Under the pieces are notes generated by a model. That model made no database searches. It saw only the letters and a list, made by a program, of their open reading frames with translations, and had not been told where the DNA came from. A DNA stretch of 64,000 nucleotides, taken from an uncultured Acidobacteriota bacterium. GTDB lineage: Bacteria; Acidobacteriota; Polarisedimenticolia; J045. Made by a program: the position numbers and the translations under genes. Of this stretch, positions 1 through 10,356 are shown piece after piece (within the stretch, counting starts at the first letter, position 1; the number at the start of each line of letters is the position of its first letter). The DNA lies in contig CAVPCQ010000006.1 in assembly GCA_963702425.1 (NCBI GenBank), positions 224,001-288,000 of the forward strand, given 5' to 3'.

Positions 1-122
1 AGCGGCTGCGCCTACTGCTGCAGACGATGTCGGCCGACCTGCTGAAGAACGCACCGACGGAGGACGGGATCGAGTCCCACCCCGACCCGGACCGGCTGCG
101 CAGCCTGGGGTACGCGAGATGA
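1..122 (+). CDS. 3' end of an upstream gene, probably sulfatase/alkaline-phosphatase superfamily (partial)
   Basis: Frame from nt 3 reads RLRLLLQTMSADLLKNAPTEDGIESHPDPDRLRSLGYAR*. The terminal LRSLGY motif is typical of this superfamily. TGA 120-122 overlaps the next ATG. Confidence 0.6.
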   Translation, partial: RLRLLLQTMSADLLKNAPTEDGIESHPDPDRLRSLGYAR

Positions 123-2146
123 CGGCACTCTGGTCCCGCTTCCGCGCCTTCGTCGAGCGGATGGAGGAGCTGCCGATCGGCCCCGGCGCGCTGCTCGCGA
201 CGCTGGCCGGGATCATCGCCGTCCGCAACGTGCTGGAGATCGTCGTCGCCAAGAACCCGGTCTTCTTCGGGCTGGCGGCCTTCGTCCACTACCCGATGGC
301 CTACGTCGCGCCGTTCTTCGCGCTGTCGCTGGTCCTCGCGCTGTGGGCCGGCGTGGCCTCGGCCCGCGTCGCGCGGCTGATGCTGATGGCCTGGCTGCTG
401 ACGCTCGTGCCGCCGATCGCCGACCTGGTGCTGCACCGCACGCACGACACGCCGACGATCGGCTACCTGCACGCCGATCCGTCGGAGCTGGGCTGGACCT
501 GGGCGCACTTCTTCGACCCCGCGGCGAGCTTCGTCGGCACCACGCCGGGGATCCGGATCGAGATCCTCGCGGCCGTGCTGCTGGCCGGCGTCTACATCCT
601 GCTGCGCAGCCGTTCGTGGTGGCGGGCGCTCTGTGGCGCCGTCACCGTCTACTTCGTCTCGCTGTTCTTCCTGTCGCTGATGGTCCTCGTGCACGGCCTG
701 TTCCGGTTCTGGAACCCGTCGCTGACGCGCACCGATCTGCTATGGGGCGAGGCGCTCCTCAAGCGGATGGACCACGACACCGCGCCCGACTCGATCGCGC
801 TGATGTGGCTGGGCCTGGCGATGACCGGGCTGGGGGCCTGCTGGTGGCTCTCCGAGCGCCGTCCGCTGCAGCCCACATGGCTGCGCGGCCGCGGCGGGAC
901 GAGCGCCGCGCCGGGGCTGGTGCCGCTGCTCGTCGCAGCGTGCGCGGCGGGGATCCTGGTCGCGCTCTTCCTGCACCTGCCGCTCGGCCAGGCGCTGCTC
1001 GTCGCGCCGTACGACGCGCTGGCCGTGCCGGGAGCGCTGCTGGCCCTGGGGCTGCTCGCCTCGGCCGTGCTGCGCCCGGACGCCGGCGATGCGATACGCG
1101 GCGGGCTGGCGCTGATCGGCGGCGCGCTCGCGGCGGGGCTCGGCCGTAGCGTGGCCGTCCCGCTGCTGGCGGCGGCTCTGCCACTCGTGGTGCTGACCGC
1201 GGCCTGGGTCCCGGCGGGGATGAAGCGCGCCGCGTCGATCGCGGTGGGAGCAGTGACGGTGATGTCGGCGGTCGCTGCGGGGTACGCCCTGGTCGTCGGC
1301 CGCGAGGCGCTGGCCCGCGTCCCGAGCGACCTGTTGGTCCTCGGGCTGCTCACTGGCGCGGCGGCCGGCGCGCTGCTGGGCGGCGGCTCGCCGGCGCCGG
1401 GCTGGCTGCGGGCGCTCCTCGTCGGCCTCGCGCTCGGGCTGGGCGGGCTCCTGCTCGGCGGTGCGGTGCTCGGAGGAACCGGCCTCGTGGTCGGCGCGGC
1501 CGTCGGCTGGCTCGGCGGGTGGGCCGACGGCGGACTCGGGCCCGCGCGGCGCGGGCTGTGGACCGGTGCGCTGGCGGGGATCGCGCTGCTCGTCGTCGCC
1601 CGCGGCGCGGTCGCCATCCCGGCGACGACCGATCCGCTGAAGGCCGAGGCGCGCTGCATCGCGCGGCTGCACATCCTGCGGGCGCAGGAGTACGAAGAGA
1701 AGAAGGAGTGGCTGAACGCCAAGCCACAGTACTTCGAAGCGCTGAAGTGCGACGAGGGGAACGTCGCCGCGCTGCGTGGACTTGCGCTCGGACTGCTCGC
1801 GAACGAGCCGGATCGGAAGGAGCGTGCGATCGAGCTGCTCGAGAAGGCCGCACGTCTCGCACCCGACTCCGCGAGCGACCTGTCGAATCTCGCTTCCGCG
1901 TACATCCAGGCCGAGCGGCCCGGCGATGCGCTGCCCCTGATCGAGAAGGCCGCGCGGCTCGACCCGCGCGATCCCAACGTCCTGTTCAACCGCGCCCGCG
2001 CCCTCGAAGACCTCGGCCGCCGCCCCGAGGCGATCGGCGCCTGGGAGGAGTTCGTCGCCCGGGCCGAGCGCCTGCCCGAATCCGCCACCGACCTGCGCCT
2101 CGCGCGCCAGAGCCTGCGCGCACTGCGCGAGGGGACCGCTCCCTGA
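119..2146 (+). CDS. Polytopic membrane protein with C-terminal TPR repeats
   Basis: Many hydrophobic segments, then TPR-like helices (ALRGLALGLL...AIELLEKAARLAP...LFNRARALEDLGR). ATGA coupling to the upstream gene. Confidence 0.75.
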   Translation: MTALWSRFRAFVERMEELPIGPGALLATLAGIIAVRNVLEIVVAKNPVFFGLAAFVHYPMAYVAPFFALSLVLALWAGVASARVARLMLMAWLLTLVPPIADLVLHRTHDTPTIGYLHADPSELGWTWAHFFDPAASFVGTTPGIRIEILAAVLLAGVYILLRSRSWWRALCGAVTVYFVSLFFLSLMVLVHGLFRFWNPSLTRTDLLWGEALLKRMDHDTAPDSIALMWLGLAMTGLGACWWLSERRPLQPTWLRGRGGTSAAPGLVPLLVAACAAGILVALFLHLPLGQALLVAPYDALAVPGALLALGLLASAVLRPDAGDAIRGGLALIGGALAAGLGRSVAVPLLAAALPLVVLTAAWVPAGMKRAASIAVGAVTVMSAVAAGYALVVGREALARVPSDLLVLGLLTGAAAGALLGGGSPAPGWLRALLVGLALGLGGLLLGGAVLGGTGLVVGAAVGWLGGWADGGLGPARRGLWTGALAGIALLVVARGAVAIPATTDPLKAEARCIARLHILRAQEYEEKKEWLNAKPQYFEALKCDEGNVAALRGLALGLLANEPDRKERAIELLEKAARLAPDSASDLSNLASAYIQAERPGDALPLIEKAARLDPRDPNVLFNRARALEDLGRRPEAIGAWEEFVARAERLPESATDLRLARQSLRALREGTAP

Positions 2147-5100
2147 TGACCACGCCCACTGCCACCGCCCGCTCCTCGTCTGCTCTGCTCGGCCCGGTCG
2201 CCGCCGCTCTGCTGCTGTCGGGTACCGGCAGCCTGGTGATGGAGGTCTGCTGGTCGCGCCTGCTGAAGCTCGTCTTCGGCTCCACGACGCTGGCGATCAG
2301 CACGATCCTCGTCGCCTACATGCTCGGGCTGGGGATCGGCGGGCTGCTCGGCGGCCGCGTCGCGCGTCGATTGAAGAACGGGATCGCGACCTACGGCTGG
2401 ATGGAGCTGGCGATCGCCGCCTACGCGCTCGCGGTGCCATTCGTGGTCGGCCTCTTCCCCTCCCTGAACAGCGCCCTGCTCTCCGGGATGTCCTTCTGGC
2501 CGGCGGCGCTGGTGCGTTTCGTCCTCGCGTTGACGGTCTTCCTGCTGCCGACGGTGCTGATGGGGGCGACCCTGCCCGTGCTGGTCGCGGCCGTCACGCG
2601 CGGCTGGGACGACCTGGCGCGGCGCGTCGGGCTGCTCTACGGGATCAACACCCTCGGCGCGGTGCTCGGGACGCTCGGCGCGACCTTCCTGCTCTTCCCG
2701 GCACTCGGCGTCTTCTGGACGAACGCCGTCGGGGCTGCGATGGACGCCGCGGCCGGGCTGGTGGCCCTGCTCGTTCTGGCGCCCCGCCTGGATCGCGCGC
2801 CGGAACCTCAGGTGCCGGCCACGGCGGCCGCCGGGCCCCCCTCCCCTGCCGCGAGCTGGCCGCGCTGGAACCTCGCGCTGCTGTCCTACGGGCTGGTCGG
2901 CTTCACCGCCCTGGCCTACGAGGTCGCCTGGACCCGCGCGCTGACGATGATCTTCGGCTCGTCGGTCTACGCCTTCTCGGCGATGCTGTCCGCGTTCCTG
3001 ATCGGGATCGCGCTCGGCAGCCTGATCGGCCGGCGCTTCTTCGATCGCCTGAAGCAGCCGGTGCGGGCCTACGCGCTCGGACTCCTCGTCCTCGGCACGC
3101 TGTCGTTTCTGACGCTCTTCCTGCTGCGGCAGATGAACGACGTGTTCCTGCGGGTGTACGAGACCTTCGGTCTCGGCGGGCGGACGGTCGTCATCGCCTC
3201 GTTCGTGCTCTCGATCCTGGCGATGCTCGGGCCGACCCTCGTGCTGGGCGCGCTCTTCCCGCTCCTGACCCGGACGCTGTCCGCGGCCGGCCGCGAGCCG
3301 TCCCAGACGGTCGGCGACGTCTACTTCGTCAATACGCTCGGCTCCGCCGCGGGGGCGTTCCTGGCCGGCTTCGTGCTCATCCCCGGACTGGGCCTCTCCC
3401 GCACGATGACGCTCGCGGTCGCAATCAATCTGCTCTCGGCGGCCGCGATCCTGCTCTGGCAGACGCAGTGGAAGGGAACGGCCCGGACGGCGCTCGCCGT
3501 CGGTGCGGCCGCGGCCGGGATCGCCGTCGCGCTCGTCCCGCCGGTCTGGTCGCAGAAGGCGATGACGATGGGCGCCTACTACCGGCCCCAGAACGCCTTC
3601 GATTTCGACCTGGACCTCGAGCCGTTCGAAGGGATCCCGGTCAACGAGATCGCCTTCTACGAGGACGGGGTCTCGGCGACGGTCTCGATCCACAAGCAGC
3701 CCGACGGGATCACGATGAAGATCAACGGCAAGGCGGACGCGTCACTGAAGGACATGTCGACGCAGGTCCTCTCCGGGCACCTGCCGCTGATCTTCGGCGG
3801 GCCGGCCGAGCGGGTGATGGTGATCGGCTACGCCTCCGGCGTGACGACGGGGGCGGCGACGCTCTACCCGGTGAAGCAGATCGACGTCGTCGAGATCGAG
3901 CCGGCGGTGCTCGAGGCCTCGCACTTCTTCGACCCCTGGAACCACCGACCGCTCGAGGACCCGCGGGTGCGCGTCATCCTCGACGACGGCCGGAGCTACC
4001 TGGCGGCCACGCGCGAGAAGTACGACGTCATCATCTCCGAGCCGTCGAACCCGTTCCTTTCCGGCTGCTCCAACCTGTTCACGCGCGAGTTCTTCCACGC
4101 GGCGCGGCGGGCGCTCAACCCGGGCGGCCGGCTGCTGCAGTGGATCCAGCTCTACGGGATGGACCCGGCGGGCGTGGCGTCGGTGCTCGAGGCCCTGCGC
4201 TCCGAGTTCCCGCACGCCTACGCCTTCCAGTTCCTGCGCAACGACGGCGACCTGATGCTGCTCGCCACGGACCGGCCGCTGACGCCGGCCGACCTCCCGC
4301 GCTGGGAGGCGCTCCCGCCCTCGGCGCGCGAGGACCTCGAGCAACTGCGGCTGCTCGGCACCGCGGACGTCTGGTCGCTGATGCGCCTGACCTCCGACAA
4401 CCTGGCCGAGATCGCCCGGCTGGCGACGAAGCGCAACACCGACGACTCGATGTACGTCGAGCTGCACGCCCCGTGGCGGCTGCAGGACTCGGTCGACGAG
4501 AACGTGACGCTGCTCGGGCGGTTCGACGACGGAATCCTGCCGGTCGCCGAGACGCCGGGGGCGCCGCTCTCGGCCGAACAGGTCGGCGAACTCGCCTACG
4601 CCTATGCCGTCGGCCGGATCGAGCGCGGGATCGCGACGCGGCTGGTCGCGGAGGCCCGGCGCCGGGGACCGTCGGCGATGGCGCTCTGCGCCGAGGGGTT
4701 CCTGTTGGAGTCGGCCCCGACCCCCGACCCCGGCACCGCGCTGCGGATGTACGAGCAGGCCGAGCTACTGGCGCCGGAGCGCGTCGAACCGAAGATCATG
4801 CGGGCCCGCGCGCTGATGCGGAGCGGACGGGCCCCCGAGGCGTCGCCGCTGCTCGACGAGATCCTGGCCCGGGATCCGGGGAATGCGCTCGCGCTCGGGA
4901 TGCGGATGCGGGTCAACGGACAGGCGGGGCGCGCCGCGGCCGCCTGGGCCGACGGCAAGCTGCTCGTCGGCCTGCCGGCCTCGCGCTTCGAGCGCGAGTT
5001 CTGGGGCGAGGCGGCGGTCAACGCGATGGCCAGCGGCCAGACTGCCGAGGGGCTCGAGCTGATGCAGAAGTACCTCTCCTGGAACCCCATGGCGATCCGC

Positions 5101-5334
5101 GAGTGGCAGGTGTACGAGGAGATCCTGCGCCGCGCGGGACGGACCGCCGAGGCCGACGTGGCCAAGCGCAACCTCGAGGCGGCGATTCGCAACCAGATGC
5201 TCCTCGCCCACCGCGGGGCGCGCTACGAGATGCGCTTCGGGAACAAGGAGACGGCAAAGAAGCTGCTCGAATCGGTCCTGGAGCGCGAACCGGGCAACGC
5301 CGCGGCGCGGCGCGACCTCGACGCACTGCGGTAG
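2146..5334 (+). CDS. Fused MFS-like membrane domain / spermidine-synthase-like SAM-dependent domain with C-terminal TPR
   Basis: Start ATG 2146 overlaps the upstream TGA. Two membrane repeats (EVCWSRLL / EVAWTRAL; LYGINTLGA / VYFVNTLGS), then VMVIGYASGVT, VVEIEP, DDGR, YDVIISEPSNP. Confidence 0.85.
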   Translation: MTTPTATARSSSALLGPVAAALLLSGTGSLVMEVCWSRLLKLVFGSTTLAISTILVAYMLGLGIGGLLGGRVARRLKNGIATYGWMELAIAAYALAVPFVVGLFPSLNSALLSGMSFWPAALVRFVLALTVFLLPTVLMGATLPVLVAAVTRGWDDLARRVGLLYGINTLGAVLGTLGATFLLFPALGVFWTNAVGAAMDAAAGLVALLVLAPRLDRAPEPQVPATAAAGPPSPAASWPRWNLALLSYGLVGFTALAYEVAWTRALTMIFGSSVYAFSAMLSAFLIGIALGSLIGRRFFDRLKQPVRAYALGLLVLGTLSFLTLFLLRQMNDVFLRVYETFGLGGRTVVIASFVLSILAMLGPTLVLGALFPLLTRTLSAAGREPSQTVGDVYFVNTLGSAAGAFLAGFVLIPGLGLSRTMTLAVAINLLSAAAILLWQTQWKGTARTALAVGAAAAGIAVALVPPVWSQKAMTMGAYYRPQNAFDFDLDLEPFEGIPVNEIAFYEDGVSATVSIHKQPDGITMKINGKADASLKDMSTQVLSGHLPLIFGGPAERVMVIGYASGVTTGAATLYPVKQIDVVEIEPAVLEASHFFDPWNHRPLEDPRVRVILDDGRSYLAATREKYDVIISEPSNPFLSGCSNLFTREFFHAARRALNPGGRLLQWIQLYGMDPAGVASVLEALRSEFPHAYAFQFLRNDGDLMLLATDRPLTPADLPRWEALPPSAREDLEQLRLLGTADVWSLMRLTSDNLAEIARLATKRNTDDSMYVELHAPWRLQDSVDENVTLLGRFDDGILPVAETPGAPLSAEQVGELAYAYAVGRIERGIATRLVAEARRRGPSAMALCAEGFLLESAPTPDPGTALRMYEQAELLAPERVEPKIMRARALMRSGRAPEASPLLDEILARDPGNALALGMRMRVNGQAGRAAAAWADGKLLVGLPASRFEREFWGEAAVNAMASGQTAEGLELMQKYLSWNPMAIREWQVYEEILRRAGRTAEADVAKRNLEAAIRNQMLLAHRGARYEMRFGNKETAKKLLESVLEREPGNAAARRDLDALR

Positions 5335-5351
5335 GGCACGGGTCGCAGGGC

Positions 5352-5482
5352 GGGCCGGCACGGAGGCCGGCCCCTACGATCGCGCAACCTGTAGGGGCCG
5401 GCCTCCGTGCCGGCCCCTACGATCGCGCAACCAACGGCAAGTCGGTCGCACAACCTGTAGGGGCCGGCCTCCGTGCCGGCCC
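5352..5482. repeat. Cluster of three GTAG-type REP elements (GTAGGGGCCGGCCTCCGTGCCGGCCC)
   Basis: Identical 26-mer at 5352-5377 (reverse), 5391-5416 and 5457-5482, between convergent genes. Each copy is GTAG followed by an imperfect palindrome. Confidence 0.85.
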
Positions 5483-5499
5483 GAACGTCCGCGCAACGA

Positions 5500-8400
5500 T
5501 CACCAGACGGCTTCGCTGCCGTGCCAGTCCTCGGCCAGGACCTGCCACGTGTAGTACGCGCCCGCCGGGGTCGACAGCGAGACCTCGACCGTTCCCCCCG
5601 CCGGCGGGACGTCAGCCAGCAGGCGATTGGCGTCGCCGCAGCTCGCGCGCGGCAGGTTCGAGGGTCGCCCGTAGAGGTTGTAGCTGAAGACCTGCAGCGG
5701 CCGGCCGTCGACCGCACGCGTCACCTCGCTCCACGACAGCCGGAGCTGGCTCGCCGACAGGCGCCGCACGCGAAGATCCGCGATCCCGTCCGGCAGCTCG
5801 TCGCCCCCGGCCGAGCGCAGCCCCGCGGAGTCGAGCGCCACGACGGTGTAGTACCAGCGCGGATTCGGGGCCGCGGTCCCCTGCCCTGCGTGCGTCCATT
5901 GCGCAGCCGTCGCGGCGAGCGACGCCAGGCGGTTCCCCGGCGTCAGCGCGAAGGCCGGCCCGGCCGTCGAGCCGTAGACCTCGATCGCGGTCAGCGTCGT
6001 CCCCGTGCCCCAGACGGTCTGCGAGGGCGGCGTCCAGCTCAGCCGCAGGTCGATCCCCTGGCGCGTGACCCGCAGATCGCCGATCGACCGCGGCGGGTTG
6101 ATCCCGCGCACGAGGTGCGGCACGCCGGTCAGCTCGCCGGAGTAGGGCCCCGGACGGCTGCAGTTCTCGGCCCGCACGCGGACCCAGTAGGTCCTGCCGT
6201 TCTGGAGCGCGCCGATCGCCAGGCTCCGCGCCTCGCCGCCGGCGATCCGAGCCCCCAGCGCTGCGCCGCCCGCCGACTCCGCCCACTCCACGCGGTACTG
6301 CACGATCTCGTGGTTCGGATCGGACGGCGCGTTCCAGCTCGCCAGCAGCTCGCCGCCGGTCTGGGTGTCTTCGACCTTCGTCAGCGCCGGCGCGGCCGGA
6401 CCCGCCGGGTTCTCGGGGATCCCGGAGCGGCAGTCGCTGCGGTCGCCGTAGCAGGTGTCGTTGAAGTTCGACCAACGGCTCTCGAAGCCGGCCGAGTCGA
6501 CCGCGACGACGTAGTAGAAGACCTCGCGGCAGTTGGTCAGCCCGCCGTCGATCAGGCTGGTCGACGCCGTCTGGCCGGCCTGCGTGTAGGGCGCACCCGG
6601 GGTGATCGCGCGGTACACGCGGTACGACGCCGCCCCGCTCACCGCGGTCCAGCTCACCGTCAGCGCCCCGCTCCCGGCCGGCACGATCGACGTGATCGAG
6701 GGCGCCGCCGGCGCCGGCACCGCGAGCCGCAGCGCGGGGTCGCCCTCCAGCACGAAGGAGCGCAGCCCGGTGAGGTTGTTGAACGTCGCGTACTCGGCCC
6801 GGATCCGGGCATCGATCCGCGCCACCACCCGCTCCTTCTTGCGGCCGTAGATCTCGTCGTAGAACGGCGCGATCAGCGAGTCGATCTCCGCCAGGTAGGT
6901 CAGATGCGCGGGCGCGAAGGCCCCGACGATCCCCTTCCGCGGCGTCGTCAGCCAGTCCTCGACGAAGGTGTACCAACTGTCGTTCAGGCTGCCCACGCTC
7001 GAGTCGGCCGGAAAGTGACCGGTGATGCAGTTGGCGTGGATCTGGAACGACAGCGGCGAGTCGGTGACCAGATCGTTCAGGTCCTCGCGCGTCCCGCCGG
7101 GATCGGTGGGCGAGGCGGTCTGGAAGATCGTGCAGCTCTTGCCCCAGCCCTTGTACTGCCCGTGGCCGACGTAGCTCAGGATCGCCGCCCCGGTGTTGGC
7201 GCAGGCGTCGACGCGGTTGTTCATCGGCGTGCCGCCGCCCTGGCAGTCCTCGTCCACGGCCTGCTCGTAGACCTTCTGGCCGACCGCCGGGCCGCCCGCG
7301 AAGTACTGCGCGTGCATCGCGTCGTGGATCGCGGTGAAGGTCTCCGGGGCGCCGGCCTCCATCTCCGAGACGAGACACGCGCGGCCGGCCCAGGACGCGG
7401 GCTTGGCCCCCTGCTCGTAGGCGACGATCTTGCGGAAGACCTCCTCCGCTTCGGCCAGCGAGTGAGCCGGGATCCGGCCGACCCCCAGGTCGGGGATCGC
7501 GTCGCTTCCGACCACCGCCGCGAACCAGGTGTCGGACGGGTAGTACCCGAACTGCGAGTTGGCGGTCAGGTCGAACATCTGTGTCGGGAGGAACTGCCGC
7601 GCGGGGCTGTAGCCGAAGAAGTTCTTGTAGTCGCGGGTCGCGTCGCCGACCAGCACCAGGAAGGCCGGGGCCGGCGACCAGTTCGCCAGCGCGTACTCGA
7701 CGAAGGCGCGGATCGCGCGCGGGTCCTCGATCCCGTCGCTGAACTCGTCGTAGACGTCCAGCAGGTCGATGACGGCGGTCTTGCACAGCCGGCCCGGCGC
7801 GCATTCCTGGCCCTGCCGCAGCGCGACGAGGCCGCGCAGCCGCGAGCCGGCGCCCATGTCCAGCAGCGAGCGGGCCCCGATCACGACCCAGTCGGCGCCG
7901 AGCCCGGCCCCCTTCAGGCTCGATCCCCAACGCCGCGTCCAGCGACGACGGCGCGCGGTCCTCGCGGACTGCGGACGGGGTCCGGTAGCCGGCGCCGGAG
8001 GCCGCCGCGAAACGCCGCGTCGCGGGGCGGCCGGAGTCGCTCTCGAGCGTGAAGCCCCAGCCGCCAGTCGCCGGGCCGACCTTCGTGACCGCTTTGGGGA
8101 CGGCGATCGTCATCCCGGCCGCGGACGCCGTGCCGTCGGTGATCTCCCAGACCTCGGGCTGTGCGCCGAACGCCGACAGCCGCACCTCGCGCTGCGCGTT
8201 GGGCGCACCGAAGGCGAGCCGGTCGGAGGAGCCGCGATAGAGCCGGTCGTAGTCGAGCTCGATCCAGTTGACGCCGACCGTGTCGCGCGTCACCGGCTGG
8301 CTGTCGGCGGAGCGCCCGAGCGGCAGCCGCACCGTGATCTGCGTCGTCCCGGCCAGCGTGGCCGGGAAGCTCACCGCTCCGCCGTCCACGCCGTGGGTGA

Positions 8401-9839
8401 ACTCGCGGTAGCCGTCCCAGTCCTTCGTGTCGCGCACCGTCCCGTCCTGCGAGATCTCGGAGCGGTGGAAGTTGCGGTTGTACTGGAAGCCGAGCAGCCG
8501 CACCCGGAGGTCGACCGAGCCGCCGGCGTGGTCCGGCGTGGCGACGAACTGGTCGAGGCTGACCGGCACCCCGTTCGCGTCGAGGAACGGGTCGGCGTAC
8601 CAGTGGTCGAGACCGTCTGCCGGGACGAAGCCATGGAACTTCTCGTCCTCCTCGTGGTGCACCGTGTCGCGGAAGCTGGGCGGGACGGCGTAGAGCCCGT
8701 TCGGCGTCCCTGTGAAGGCCGACTCGGCGACGCGCAGCGGGCCGGTCGCGGCGTCCAGCCGGTAGACGTTGCCGTCGGTGTAGTCGCCGTGCTGCCATGC
8801 GTCCGGCTCGAAGAGGTCGACGGCGCCGACCGCCTGGCCGTAGAAGACGATCGCGTCGCCGGGGCCGAAGACGCCGTCGGTCTCGCCCGCGACGCGGATC
8901 GGGACCTGGATCCCCTGTACGGTGAGGCGGTAGCGACGCGGATCGTTGGCGGTGAGGAACGACAGGAGCCCCGGCGAGTTGGCCTGCGCCCACTCGTACG
9001 TGACGCGCTGCAGCCCGTCGGCATTCACGACCAGCTGCCAGGCCGGGTAGGTCGGCGCGGCCAGGGGGGCCAGCGGGCCGGAGAGCGGCCCTGAGAAGGG
9101 CGTCGCCCCGCCCGCCGCGAGCAGGGACGACAGTTCCGCCCGCGGCACGCGGGACGCTCCGTGGGCGAACTCCTCGCCCCCCGCCGCGAACGGATCCGAT
9201 TCGACCGCCGCGGGCGTCGCCGCCAGCGCGCGCGGCCCCGCTGCGCTTTCGTTGACGCGCAGGCGGATCGTCAGGCGGGTCGCGACGCGGAAGCGCCCGG
9301 TCGAGAGCTCAACTTGCAGCGGCACGATCTCCAGCGCGGCGAAGCGCAGCGTCCGCCAGGCCCCGTCCGGGACGGCGATCCGGACCGGTTCGGCGGGCCA
9401 CCAGCCGGGTCCGGCGGGCCAGGCCGTCTCGTCGGTGGCGCGGCGCGGGTCGCGGGCCGGGTACGGGGCGATCGGGCCCGGCAGCAGCCCCTCGGCCCAG
9501 GCCGCCTCGACCCCGACGATCTCCAGCGCCCCACCGGGCGTGAGGGCGATCCGCTCCTGGCGCGCGGGGAGGTCGGGCACTCCGACCGTCCCGACCCGCC
9601 CGAAGCCGGCGAGCGACGGCTCGAAAGCGCCGTCGACCTCGGCCCAGGAAACCGGTGGCAGATCGAGGGTCAGGAGCTGCTCCCCCGTCGCCGCGTCGGT
9701 CTCGTGGTGGACCGCCGGGCCGGGGGGCACGGCCAGCGCGGCAGGGACGGCAGAGCGCACACAGGGCCAGCAGGGCCGCGCGGAAGGCGCGGACCAGGAC
9801 ACGGCGGCAACAGCAGGGCGCGGGGCGGGTCGCGCTCAT
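5500..9839 (-). CDS. Large secreted gingipain-like cysteine peptidase (family C25) with propeptide and C-terminal FN3-like domains; apparent frameshift(s)
   Basis: LVLVGDATRDYKN, PSDTWFA, PDLGVGRIP, catalytic-type YVGHG and ANCITGHF, LEGDP, then FN3-like repeats. The N-half (ORF 5612-9802) joins the C-half (ORF 5500-7884) if one base is removed from the C4 run at 7925-7928. A signal-like start at ATG 9839 needs a second shift near 9750; otherwise the start is GTG 9802. Confidence 0.8.
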
Positions 9840-9994
9840 CGATTCCGTGGTTCTCCCTACCGGCACCGCCTGTTCGGCGGCGGCTGCGCCCGCTGACCCC
9901 GACCGCCCCAAGATACCGTCAGCCGGGCGGCCGCCCCACTCGAAACCGGGGAGCCGGCGCGGAGGCGTTGCCGCAGCGGGATCGTCGGGTTCCC

Positions 9995-10028
9995 AAAAAG
10001 AGATCGGGCGGCCCGAAGGCCGCCCGAT
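9995..10028 (-). terminator. Rho-independent terminator after the precursor peptide gene
   Basis: On the minus strand: ATCGGGCGGCC-TTCG-GGCCGCCCGAT, a perfect 11-bp stem with a cUUCGg loop, followed by CTCTTTTT. Confidence 0.8.
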
Positions 10029-10120
10029 TCCGTGTGCACACGTTCTTTCTGGAGCGATCCGGTTCGAGCCTCAAGAAGGCGGGCCCTCGGGGTCGCTCCG
10101 GCCCCGCGTTGCGGGTGGAT

Positions 10121-10237
10121 CTAGCTCTGGATCGGACCGTCGCTGCAGGTGTTGGCATCTGCAAGCGCGCAGCCGACTGCCCGAGCCTCCACCTTCTCAA
10201 CAAAGAGAACGCGGGGCTTCTCGTAAACCTTCTTCAT
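10121..10237 (-). CDS. Putative RiPP precursor peptide, 38 aa (MKKVYEKPRVLFVEKVEARAVGCALADANTCSDGPIQS)
   Basis: Translated by hand. ATG is preceded by AGGGAGG-ATTTTC; TAG at 10121-10123. YxxP leader and two Cys. Lies just downstream of the rSAM and PqqD genes and upstream of a terminator. Confidence 0.85.
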   Translation of the reverse strand: MKKVYEKPRVLFVEKVEARAVGCALADANTCSDGPIQS

Positions 10238-10356
10238 GAAAATCCTCCCTGCAGGGTGCCGGGATTCCCTCCCGGCGGTTCGTGGTGCGGGTCCCGTCTC
10301 GTTCCAAGCCTGTCCGGAACAAGCTTGGGGCGGGATGTCATCAGGTCGTGTTTTGT

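Noticed and set aside
649-3693. Long antisense or alternative-frame ORFs (this one, 3468-5687, 5473-8052, 15997-18798 and many others)
   Set aside because: They are Arg/Pro/Gly-rich shadows of real genes, caused by stop-codon scarcity at high GC.
5352-5482. CRISPR array
   Set aside because: Only three copies, in mixed orientation with irregular spacers, and no cas genes. Fits REP elements.
9919-10203. ORF-track 94-aa ORF, and other ORFs overlapping the precursor region
   Set aside because: It lacks an RBS and runs through the terminator. The 38-aa frame has a strong RBS and meaningful motifs.
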